Assembly: GCA_965279375.1 (NCBI GenBank) | Contig: OZ257156.1 | Location: 1,856,001 to 1,920,000, forward strand | Source: Gemmatimonas sp. | GTDB lineage: Bacteria > Gemmatimonadota > Gemmatimonadetes > Gemmatimonadales > Gemmatimonadaceae | Direction of reading: 5' to 3' | DNA: 64,000 bases | Shown: one piece after another, positions 54,790 to 63,174 of the stretch | Position numbering within the stretch: the stretch's first letter is position 1 | How the letters are laid out: the number at the start of each line of letters is the position of its first letter | Notes under the pieces: model-generated | Seen by the model: the letters and a program-made list of their open reading frames with translations, nothing else | The model's database searches: none | Told to the model about the DNA's origin: nothing | Position numbers and translations under genes: made by a program

Positions 54790-56726
54790 GTCGCCGGCGC
54801 TCCAGCCGTGTCGGTTGTGCTCACGATGAATAGATGTCCGGTGAGCTGCGGTCCGTCGGCGATCAACAGGTCCGGCGTTCGACGATCACGGTGCGCACGA
54901 TCGGTCGCGGCCAGCAGGCCGAGGTCGCTCATGGAGCCGTCGATGTCACCGTACGGCGTCAGTCCGCGCGCGGCGAGCCATCGCGGCACGCCATTGAGAC
55001 CATCGAGTGCGTGCGGTTGCGGCGGACCAGCGAGGCGGATCGGCGCACAGGAGAGGAGGAGACCGCCGGGCTTCACGCACGACGCGGCGAGCGAAAGCAT
55101 CGCCCCGATCTCCGTCGCGGCGAGGCTGTTGTCGAATGGCAGGACGACAGCCGCGTCGAACGGTTCCGGCGTGACGTCGCGTGTAAGCGCCTCGATTGCC
55201 ACCGCACGTACTCGGCCCGCGGGCGCAGCCTGTGTCGCGAAGCGCTCGGGCGCAGCAAGCCAGTCGGACCCGTCATGTCCCGAATAGCGATCGAGCACAT
55301 CGGCGACAACCACCTGTGCGACATGTCTCGCCAGCCCCCAGACCAGCGGAGCGCGCAGGTCGGAGACAATCAGCAGGCGCGCGTCGGAACGCAGCGCGCC
55401 GCAGGCTCGCAGTGTGAACGCCGCTTGCGTCGTACGCCAAGTGGCCAGCGTACGATCGTACCACTGCTGTTCGCCACGGCCATCGCCTGCAAACTCCACC
55501 GCCGTTGCGAACCACACGGGGTCGTCCCAGTCCTGCGCGTCAGCGAGCCGACTCAGCGTCGTTGAGCGCTCGCCGATGCGAACCGGCAGGCGCGACGTAC
55601 GCCGACGCGCGTCCAACAATGTCTGAATGGACTGCAGCAACCGAAGTTCGAGAGAGGAGGCGTGTCCAGACTCCACGCGTTGGTCGAGCATCGTCTTCGC
55701 CGGTGCACTGGCGTACCGCGCAGCGACCGCGATATCGCCATGCTCGCCAGCGGCATGCAGCAACAGCGCGATATCCGCACGCGCGCGATCGACTTCACTC
55801 TGTCGCAGCGGCCCGCGACGCTGCAGTCGATGTTGCAGGGCGACGGCGAGCGCGACGTCGCCGCGCTCGCGCCCGTAGGCGAGACGTCCGTCGGGCTGTA
55901 CAAGCCCTTGTGCGCGCCACTTCTCGACGAGATAGCGCTGCTTGTCGAGCGAGCCACCTTGCACCAGTGCCGGCAACGCCACGCCGGACTTGTGCCCGTG
56001 GTGAATCACGGGCGCTGTCGGCAGTGCATACACATCCCAGCCGGCGACCAACGCGCGAACGGAGATGTCGTCATCCTCGTGCCAGAACGGATTGAGCGCT
56101 TCATCGTAGCGACCGATGTCGCGAAACACCGCGGGGCGCACGAAGCACGCGAAGCCGCCGGATGCCACATCGACCTGGATCGCAGCGTGCCCGGGTAGTG
56201 AGAGCAGTTCGCGCCGATCGCCGTGCACTACGATCTCATGTCCGGAACAGGAGGCGATACCCGCGTTCGGCTGCCGCGCGAACAGTTCGAGAAACGGCGT
56301 GGCCCAGCCCGGATAGAACTCGAGATCATTGTCGATGAAGATGATCCATCCGTCGTCGGGGATTCGATCCAGCATCAACTCGAGCAGTCGATTCCGCCCG
56401 CCGGCGACGCCGAGGTTCGCGTCACCCAGTTCGGTGGACACGCGTGGATCATCCAGCGATGCGAGCCAATCACGCGTGCCGTCGGTCGACAAGTTGTCCA
56501 GAATGACAGCGCGCCAGGGCTCTGTCGTGTAGCGGTCAAGACTGGCGAGACAGCGCTTGGAATATGCCAACGCGTTGAACGTCAGGATCGCGAACCACAG
56601 CTTGGGTGGCGAGTCATAGGTCTCCGGCTCAGTCGATGGCGCGATCAGACGTAACCGACACGGATGCGTCGATGCCTCCACGCGCTTCCCCGCCGGCCGC
56701 GATTCTCGGTGTGAGATGACGCTCAT
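54786..56726 (-). CDS. Family 2 glycosyltransferase with C-terminal methyltransferase-like domain
   Basis: ILTFNALAYSKRCLASL, LDNLSTDGT, FIDND, FWHEDDDIS; ATG 56726 overlaps the upstream stop. Confidence 0.85.
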   Translation of the reverse strand: MSVISHRESRPAGKRVEASTHPCRLRLIAPSTEPETYDSPPKLWFAILTFNALAYSKRCLASLDRYTTEPWRAVILDNLSTDGTRDWLASLDDPRVSTELGDANLGVAGGRNRLLELMLDRIPDDGWIIFIDNDLEFYPGWATPFLELFARQPNAGIASCSGHEIVVHGDRRELLSLPGHAAIQVDVASGGFACFVRPAVFRDIGRYDEALNPFWHEDDDISVRALVAGWDVYALPTAPVIHHGHKSGVALPALVQGGSLDKQRYLVEKWRAQGLVQPDGRLAYGRERGDVALAVALQHRLQRRGPLRQSEVDRARADIALLLHAAGEHGDIAVAARYASAPAKTMLDQRVESGHASSLELRLLQSIQTLLDARRRTSRLPVRIGERSTTLSRLADAQDWDDPVWFATAVEFAGDGRGEQQWYDRTLATWRTTQAAFTLRACGALRSDARLLIVSDLRAPLVWGLARHVAQVVVADVLDRYSGHDGSDWLAAPERFATQAAPAGRVRAVAIEALTRDVTPEPFDAAVVLPFDNSLAATEIGAMLSLAASCVKPGGLLLSCAPIRLAGPPQPHALDGLNGVPRWLAARGLTPYGDIDGSMSDLGLLAATDRAHRDRRTPDLLIADGPQLTGHLFIVSTTDTAGAPAT

Positions 56727-59056
56727 CGAGCACCTCCTCCCGCCATGGTCTGTCCATCGTGCAACGTGGGCATCGCGGCGATTCGCTCCGTCATTTCGCG
56801 CGCGACGGCGCCAAATGAGGGAAGACCTTCCGCATATCGTCGCGCCTGCCCACCGCGTCGCGCAACCTCCAGCGCATTCAGGAGCTCGCGTAGGCACGCC
56901 ATGAGATCGGCGCCCGCCATCATGCCGTGCGCTCCCTGACGCACGACCCAAGCGGCCTCTGCATCGCGCAACGGCTCGGCGTCCGCCGTATCCGGAACGA
57001 CGAGCGCACGGCCACACGCAAGCGTCGTGTGCCACACGGAGAGGTCGATGTCGCCCGGGACGATCACGACATCGGCGGCGCGCACATACGACGGCAGCGT
57101 TGCATCGTTAACCTCGGCGACCAGCACCTCCGCCGTAAGCCCGGGCGCCAATCGGCCGGTCAGCATGCGCGACGTGAGCTCCGCTCCCCACGCGACGAGC
57201 GCGTCCGAGGCATCGTTGGCCACCAGCAGCTGTAGCCGCGCCGGCGTAGACGGTGTGACCACGCGTTGCCACACACGCAGCACCAGCTCTGCGCCGGCAA
57301 TGTCGGCGGCGTCGAGCACAGGCAGCAGGATCATCGTGCGCACATCGCGCGGGCGCGGAAACTGGGTTGCGTCCGGCGTCACCCGATCCGCGATGCAACC
57401 GGAGGGCGCCATCCAGAGCCGATCCGCCTCAATACCGGCGGACAGGCACGCCGCATACGCCGCATGATGCGGCACCCACACCTCGTCAGCGTGCGCACGC
57501 ACGATCGCGGCGAGTTCGGTCGACAGATGCGCGCGGACTGCAGTACCTGTGTAGACAATCCAGCGGCCATGCGCGGGCACGTACTGCGGCAGCGGGTGCG
57601 CGATATCGAGCGCAGACAGCGTCGTATCGGCAGTCGCGTCCGCGTCTGCAGGCGTTGCGACCAGACATTCCCACAGCTTCTGCGCAGGCAGCGTACGCGG
57701 CGGGCGCTGCGCGGAGTCGGTCGTGAGCATGAGCCGCGGTGCCACGCTGAGTGTCTCGACCAGCGCGGTCAGGAGAGGCTCGGTGTGGATGGCCGACGAT
57801 GCAGCGAAAACGTTGGCGCGAATGTCGAGCGTTCCGGCGTCCGTCGTGTACGCCGCGCCGTCCGCCGCGTTTGCCCGCACGCCGACATGGGCATGTCTTC
57901 CTGGTGCGATCTCATGCAAGCGACCTGCGATGATCGTCGCCGCGCGTGACCATGGCCAGTGCGCCACCATGTCGGCGCGCGCGCGTGCGCCGAGTGCGCG
58001 CGCCTTGTCGGGTTGATCGTGAATCGCGCGCAGATGCGAGACGAGCGCGTCGAGCTGTGGTGCGGCCCAGCGATGCCCATCGTAGAGGCGCATGTCCGGA
58101 TCGTCCACGTCCACCAACGCGTCAGTCTCGATCAGCAGACTGTTCTCGTCGTTCATGTAGTCGAGATGCGCACTCCAACGGGTGGCGATCACCGGCACGC
58201 CCGTCGACATTGCCTCCATGAAGGGGCGTCCCCACCCTTCGCCGCGCGTCGGGGACACGAACGCGTGCGCGCTTCGATAGAGCGATGGCATTGCATCGGC
58301 TGGCAGATCTTCGGTGAGCACGACGATCGGCGCAACGTTGGCGAGCGATCGGCCGCACTCCTGCCGCAAAAACGCGTCGATGCGCCGCTCGATCTGCAGC
58401 GCTGGCGCGTCGGCCGGGAGATCGAGATTGGCGTGAATGCGTTTGGCGTGCGTGCGCAACACGAGCGTGACATCATCGCTGGCCGAGAAGGCATTGGCCC
58501 ACGCGCGCAGAAGGACGTCCCACGCTTTGCGTGCGCGCCACTCGAAGACGCTGAGATAGACCGTGCCACGGAGCCCCGGGATTTCACGCGGCGCGACGTC
58601 GGGCGAGAAGAGATCCGTGTCGATGCCCCCGGGCACCACGTGCATCGGCACCCGGACACCGGCGCGGCGAAAGGTCTCGACATTGAACGAACTCGGCACC
58701 CACAGTTCGTCCATCCGATTGCACTTGGCTACCCAGTTCGGTGGCAGCGAATCAGTCTCGAACATCGTGCGGCCCACATTGTAGGCCGCCGTCGGCGCTT
58801 CCACGAAGCCGTCGGCGACGTAGTGCTGCACCAGCACGAACGGATTGGCCAACGCGCGCGACTGCTGCCGCTCCAGCACTTCGCGCATAGGGGTGGGGAG
58901 GCCATGAGCGAAGTCGGCATCCAGCGCCGCCTTGGCGCGCAGCGCGATCGGAACCCCAGCTTGCTCCAACGCGAACAGCAGGCCCCGCCCTTCATCGGCG
59001 TAGCCTGTCGGTTCATAGATGGGGCCGATCCAGACGCAGTTGGAAATGTCGCTCAT
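56723..59056 (-). CDS. Family 4 glycosyltransferase with a second degenerate GT-B module
   Basis: TGYADEGR, TMFETD, DELWVPSSFN, RKAWDVLL, RGEGWGRPFMEAM. Confidence 0.88.
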   Translation of the reverse strand: MSDISNCVWIGPIYEPTGYADEGRGLLFALEQAGVPIALRAKAALDADFAHGLPTPMREVLERQQSRALANPFVLVQHYVADGFVEAPTAAYNVGRTMFETDSLPPNWVAKCNRMDELWVPSSFNVETFRRAGVRVPMHVVPGGIDTDLFSPDVAPREIPGLRGTVYLSVFEWRARKAWDVLLRAWANAFSASDDVTLVLRTHAKRIHANLDLPADAPALQIERRIDAFLRQECGRSLANVAPIVVLTEDLPADAMPSLYRSAHAFVSPTRGEGWGRPFMEAMSTGVPVIATRWSAHLDYMNDENSLLIETDALVDVDDPDMRLYDGHRWAAPQLDALVSHLRAIHDQPDKARALGARARADMVAHWPWSRAATIIAGRLHEIAPGRHAHVGVRANAADGAAYTTDAGTLDIRANVFAASSAIHTEPLLTALVETLSVAPRLMLTTDSAQRPPRTLPAQKLWECLVATPADADATADTTLSALDIAHPLPQYVPAHGRWIVYTGTAVRAHLSTELAAIVRAHADEVWVPHHAAYAACLSAGIEADRLWMAPSGCIADRVTPDATQFPRPRDVRTMILLPVLDAADIAGAELVLRVWQRVVTPSTPARLQLLVANDASDALVAWGAELTSRMLTGRLAPGLTAEVLVAEVNDATLPSYVRAADVVIVPGDIDLSVWHTTLACGRALVVPDTADAEPLRDAEAAWVVRQGAHGMMAGADLMACLRELLNALEVARRGGQARRYAEGLPSFGAVAREMTERIAAMPTLHDGQTMAGGGAR

Positions 59057-59092
59057 GCTCCGTGGGATGGGTCGTCAGCAAGCTGGCTAAAG

Positions 59093-59147
59093 GCAACAGG
59101 CATGCCGCGCTGAGAGATTCTCTAAGTGATTGCAATTAATGGCGTTG
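59093..59147 (-). promoter_or_regulatory. Sigma54 promoter plus 25-bp element (leftward GT operon)
   Basis: Minus strand CGGCAT-GCCTG-TTGC (59093-59107); TAA-GTGA-TTG-CAATT-AAT-GGCG-TTG (59123-59147). Confidence 0.68.
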
Positions 59148-59180
59148 CGTTGAACCGGCAGAATCGGTCCGTCACGCCAT

Positions 59181-59232
59181 CGGCAATTGTCGCCGTCCGG
59201 CGCGGTCCCAAAATGCCCGGCAGTTCTTGCCG
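59181..59232. promoter_or_regulatory. Shared enhancer (UAS) cluster between divergent promoters
   Basis: CGGCA-ATTGT-CGCCG (59181-59195) and perfect CGGCA-GTTCT-TGCCG (59218-59232), plus flanking half-sites. Confidence 0.65.
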
Positions 59233-59287
59233 TTTGTCCGCGCGCTATCTGCCGGATTTTGGCGAGGCGGACTCATTCCTCATCGCG

Positions 59288-59332
59288 TAACTGTATGCCC
59301 AACAGCGAGTTGCGGCGTGGCACGAATCGTGT
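59288..59332 (+). promoter_or_regulatory. 25-bp element plus sigma54-like promoter (rightward GT operon)
   Basis: TAA-CTGT-ATG-CCCAA-CAG-CGAG-TTG (59288-59312); TGGCAC-GAATC-GTGT (59318-59332, -12 is GT rather than GC). Confidence 0.55.
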
Positions 59333-59386
59333 ACAGCACGGGTGCGGTGAAGACTGTCCCATCCATTCCCTGCGCGACCCGCCACC

Positions 59387-61363
59387 ATGACCAGCAGCTA
59401 CGCAATGAACCCCTCGCTTCCGGCAACGATTCCCAGCGCGCAGGTCAGCTCCGGCGGTGCGCCGCGCTTTCAGATCCCGGCGTTCCCGGATGATCCGGAG
59501 TGGGAGTTGGCAGCAGGCATCGAGGCGGCGGGGGGCGTATCGGCGGAGATCCGCGCATTCCTCGACGCACAGATGGAGACGGGCGACGTGCTGCTGGACC
59601 TCGCCCCCGGCTTCGGCTTTGTGGCACTCAGCGCGACCACCGCACCCGGTGGCCTGCCGACGGTGTTCGTGGGCGGGATCAATGAGGATCGCCTGCAGGT
59701 GCTGCAGGACGCGGCGGTAGACGTCGGTGGGTGGCTGGAGTCGGTTTCGCTGACGGATGGCTCGGATCTCGCCGAATTGCTGGACACGCGTCTGGATCTG
59801 CAGGGGCGAGTCTTCGTGCATGTCGCGGCCGAGGACGTCGCAGAACTGTGCTCGCGTCTGCGTCCGTTGCTCGCGCAGGAGCGAGTGCTGGCAATCTGCG
59901 TGACCAATGCGCATGCCAGCGACGCCTGGAATGAAGCGGCCGACGCGATGATTCTCGCGGGCATGACGCCCTGCGCGCTGGTCGAACAGGAAGGCGATGT
60001 GGTGATGATGCGCATTTCGGGCGCGCCCACTGCGCCGGTGATCGCACTGCCGTCCGCGCTGGCGGGTGACGCGATGATGGCACCTGAATTCGACGCGCTC
60101 AGTGCACTCCCCATGGAGCTGACCGAGGTGTTCGATGGAGACCATTCGGACGAGGTCTTTCCCGCGTCCTTCCCGTCGCAGGTGACGCCCGCCGCAACCT
60201 TGGAAGACGCCGACGTCGCGTCGGTGTCGTCATCTGTACCGCGCGCCACGTACGTCGAAGAGTTGCCGCGCTGGAACGCCATGCGCGATGGCCTGTCGCT
60301 CATCACGTCGCACACGCGTACCGGCTACGGGGTGACGGGGGCGCACCTGCTGCGCGCCCTGCAGCAGCGCGGTGCTCCAGTCACGCTCTTTCCGATCGGC
60401 CCGGTGGATTCGTCGCTGACGGATAACCCACAGTTGCAGCAGGCGCTCAATCTGCAGGATGCCTATCGGCCGGACGTGCCGAGTGTGCGCCTGGCCCAGC
60501 AGTTCGACCTGGCCATGCACGTCGGACGCGGTGCGCGAGTGGCGTTCACCATCTTCGAGCTCGACACCTTCACGCCGCGCGAGATGCATCACTTGCGCAG
60601 TCAGGACGCCATCTTCGTCTGCTCCGACTGGGCACGCGAAGCATGCTTGCAGAATGGGCTTGACGAGACGCCGATCCACATCGTGCCGCTTGGTGTGGAC
60701 CGCGCGATCTTCCATGAGAACGTACAGCCCAAGCGTAGCTGGTCCGAGACGGTGTTCATGCAGGTGGGCAAGCTCGAGCCGCGCAAAGGCCAGCTCGATC
60801 TCCTGCGCGCCTTCGAGGCCGCGTTCACGCCCAAGGACTCCGTGCGGCTCGTGCTCTCCTGCGGCAATCCGTTCATCTCGCAGGCCGATCTCGACACACT
60901 GCTCCGGCCGTTCCGGAAATCGCCGTTGGCGTCAAAGATCTCGCTGCTCACCAACGAGTTGCCGAACTTGCGCAGCGTTGCCGAGCTGATGGCTGCGGCA
61001 GATTGCGGCGTCTTCGCCGCCCGCGCTGAGGGGTGGAATCTCGAAGCGCTGGAGATGTTGTCGATGGGCAAGCAGGTCATCGCCACCGATTACTCCGCGC
61101 ATACGGAGTTCTTGAACAGTGAGAATGCGCGCTTGATCGACATCGATGCGCGCGAGTACGCGCATCCGGGTCGGCACCCTGGACAGTGGGCGGCGTGGGG
61201 CAATGCGCAGCATGAGCAGCTCGTGGCACACCTGCGTGACGTGCATGCGGCCAAGCAGGCCGTCGCACTGCCGTTGAATACGGCCGGCATCGCCACCGCG
61301 CATACCTTCAGCTGGGAAGGCTCCGCTGACGCGCTGATCCGCTCGCTCTACGCCATCGCATGA
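59387..61363 (+). CDS. Family 4 glycosyltransferase with N-terminal degenerate FkbM-like methyltransferase domain
   Basis: N-terminal GDVLLDLAPGFGFVAL; C-terminal TGYG, VGKLEPRKGQ, RAEGWNLEALEML. Confidence 0.85.
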   Translation: MTSSYAMNPSLPATIPSAQVSSGGAPRFQIPAFPDDPEWELAAGIEAAGGVSAEIRAFLDAQMETGDVLLDLAPGFGFVALSATTAPGGLPTVFVGGINEDRLQVLQDAAVDVGGWLESVSLTDGSDLAELLDTRLDLQGRVFVHVAAEDVAELCSRLRPLLAQERVLAICVTNAHASDAWNEAADAMILAGMTPCALVEQEGDVVMMRISGAPTAPVIALPSALAGDAMMAPEFDALSALPMELTEVFDGDHSDEVFPASFPSQVTPAATLEDADVASVSSSVPRATYVEELPRWNAMRDGLSLITSHTRTGYGVTGAHLLRALQQRGAPVTLFPIGPVDSSLTDNPQLQQALNLQDAYRPDVPSVRLAQQFDLAMHVGRGARVAFTIFELDTFTPREMHHLRSQDAIFVCSDWAREACLQNGLDETPIHIVPLGVDRAIFHENVQPKRSWSETVFMQVGKLEPRKGQLDLLRAFEAAFTPKDSVRLVLSCGNPFISQADLDTLLRPFRKSPLASKISLLTNELPNLRSVAELMAAADCGVFAARAEGWNLEALEMLSMGKQVIATDYSAHTEFLNSENARLIDIDAREYAHPGRHPGQWAAWGNAQHEQLVAHLRDVHAAKQAVALPLNTAGIATAHTFSWEGSADALIRSLYAIA

Positions 61364-63156
61364 CCGCAGGTGTGGCGTCGGTGATTCGCATCGGCATCCT
61401 GACGCACAACGCGTTGCACCACACGAAACGGTGCATCGCTTCGCTCCAGGCGCACACGAGCGTGCCGTGGCAGGCGGTTATTCTCGATAACGCCTCAAGC
61501 GACGACACCCGCGCTTGGCTCGCGTCGCTGAACGATCCGCGCATCGAGGTGGAGCTGCACGCCGAGAACCTCGGCGTCGGTGGTGGACGCAACTGGCTAT
61601 TCGGCCGGCTGTTGCCGCACATGCGCGACGATGAGCTGCTCGTTTTTCTCGACAACGACATCGAGGTCGGAGCGGGGTGGGCAGAGCCGTTCGTTGACGC
61701 CTTTGCCGCGATGCCGCGACTGGGTGTGGCCGGCCGATGGGCGTTCTCGATGCACGTCCACGAGACGTGGCGCGATATCCTCTCGGAACACGCCGGCGCT
61801 CCCGGCCCGGTGGACACCGTGCAAGGGTGCTGCTTCTGGGTGCGAGGGGCCGCCGCGCGCGCGCTCGGAGGCTTCGATGAGGCGCTCGGACGCTTCTGGC
61901 ACGAAGACGACGACTACTGCATTCGCGCACTCCACGCCGGCTGGGAAGTGCAACGCGTGCGTAATGCAGCGATCACGCACCACGAGCACGGCTCGGGCGT
62001 CGCGCTCAAGCCCGAGCGTATCGCTGGCTCGTGCGCCAATCAGGCGTACCTGATCGACAAGTGGCGCGCGCTGGGCGCGATCGATGCGTACGGAGTGCCA
62101 AAGCGCCCGACACCCGAAGTGACGGCGCCGTTGCGCGAAGCACTCGCCACGCGACTCGGCCGCACACAGCCCTTGCTGCGCACGGAGATGCAAGGTGTGA
62201 TTGCCGATGCTTCCGCGCTGCTACGCGGAGACATTGCCGATGATCGCGCCGCAGTGCTGGCGACACCTGCGGTGAGGCGGATGCTGTCGGATGCTGCGAC
62301 GCGGGAGAGCGGGGAGACGCAGCGCCGCGCGCAGCTCGCGCTCGAGCGCATTGCGCGCATCCTGGCAGAGCGCCGGGCCGAAGTCGACGACACAGAGACT
62401 ATCGAGCGCGCGCGTAGCGGTGGTCGCGCGTTCAGCACACTCTGCGATCCATCCGCGTGGGATGATGCCCGATGGATGGAGAGCTATCAGCGGCACTTCC
62501 GCGACGGCGCCGGCGCCGACTACTACGCGCGGTCCGAGATCGCGTGGCGCGACGGACAACTACTGCACGTCGCACGTGCGACGGGTGCCCTGCGCGCTGG
62601 CATGCGTGTGTTGGTGTTGGGCCACGCGAGCGAGCGCGTGATCGCGCCATTGACGCATGTGGCCGCCGAGGTCGCGGTACTCGATCATGAGATGCAGACG
62701 ATGGAGGTCATTGCGGGCAGTGCGACGCGCACGCTTGGCGATGCAACGCTCATGACTGGGCGCTGGTCTGAGGCGCAATCGCTCAGGGCCACGCCATTCG
62801 ATCTGGTGCTCTGCCCGAATGCCGCGCGCTACGCACCGCCGGCCGACTATGGCGCGGTGCTCTCGGCGCTGGCGCAACTCACGCGCACCGGTGGCCATGT
62901 GGGCCTCGGTGCCAGCGTGCGACTGACTGGGCCGCGCAATGGTCGATGGCTCGAGCGCGACGCGCTCACCGACGATGCCGCGCTCGCACGGCATGGTGTC
63001 CGTCGCCTTGGGAAATTCGACGACCGCATTTGCGACGAAACACTCTTGGCCGCCATTCCGCCCGAAGGACAGGCCAGTTGGCGCCCGCAGCTAGCGCGCG
63101 CCGTTGGTCCGCATCGTGTCACACTGGCCACGCTCTTTTGCCGACGCACCGAATAG
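61360..63156 (+). CDS. Family 2 glycosyltransferase with C-terminal methyltransferase-like domain (paralog of 54786..56726)
   Basis: ILTHNALHHTKRCIASL, LDNASSDDT, FLDND, FWHEDDDYC. Confidence 0.87.
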   Translation: MTAGVASVIRIGILTHNALHHTKRCIASLQAHTSVPWQAVILDNASSDDTRAWLASLNDPRIEVELHAENLGVGGGRNWLFGRLLPHMRDDELLVFLDNDIEVGAGWAEPFVDAFAAMPRLGVAGRWAFSMHVHETWRDILSEHAGAPGPVDTVQGCCFWVRGAAARALGGFDEALGRFWHEDDDYCIRALHAGWEVQRVRNAAITHHEHGSGVALKPERIAGSCANQAYLIDKWRALGAIDAYGVPKRPTPEVTAPLREALATRLGRTQPLLRTEMQGVIADASALLRGDIADDRAAVLATPAVRRMLSDAATRESGETQRRAQLALERIARILAERRAEVDDTETIERARSGGRAFSTLCDPSAWDDARWMESYQRHFRDGAGADYYARSEIAWRDGQLLHVARATGALRAGMRVLVLGHASERVIAPLTHVAAEVAVLDHEMQTMEVIAGSATRTLGDATLMTGRWSEAQSLRATPFDLVLCPNAARYAPPADYGAVLSALAQLTRTGGHVGLGASVRLTGPRNGRWLERDALTDDAALARHGVRRLGKFDDRICDETLLAAIPPEGQASWRPQLARAVGPHRVTLATLFCRRTE

Positions 63157-63174
63157 GACCACACAGGACCACTC

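Noticed and set aside
63155..63173. Direct repeat AGGACCAC-AC-AGGACCAC before the last GT as a possible CsrA site
   Set aside because: Too short, not a clean ANGGA hairpin, and explained by a Shine-Dalgarno-like sequence
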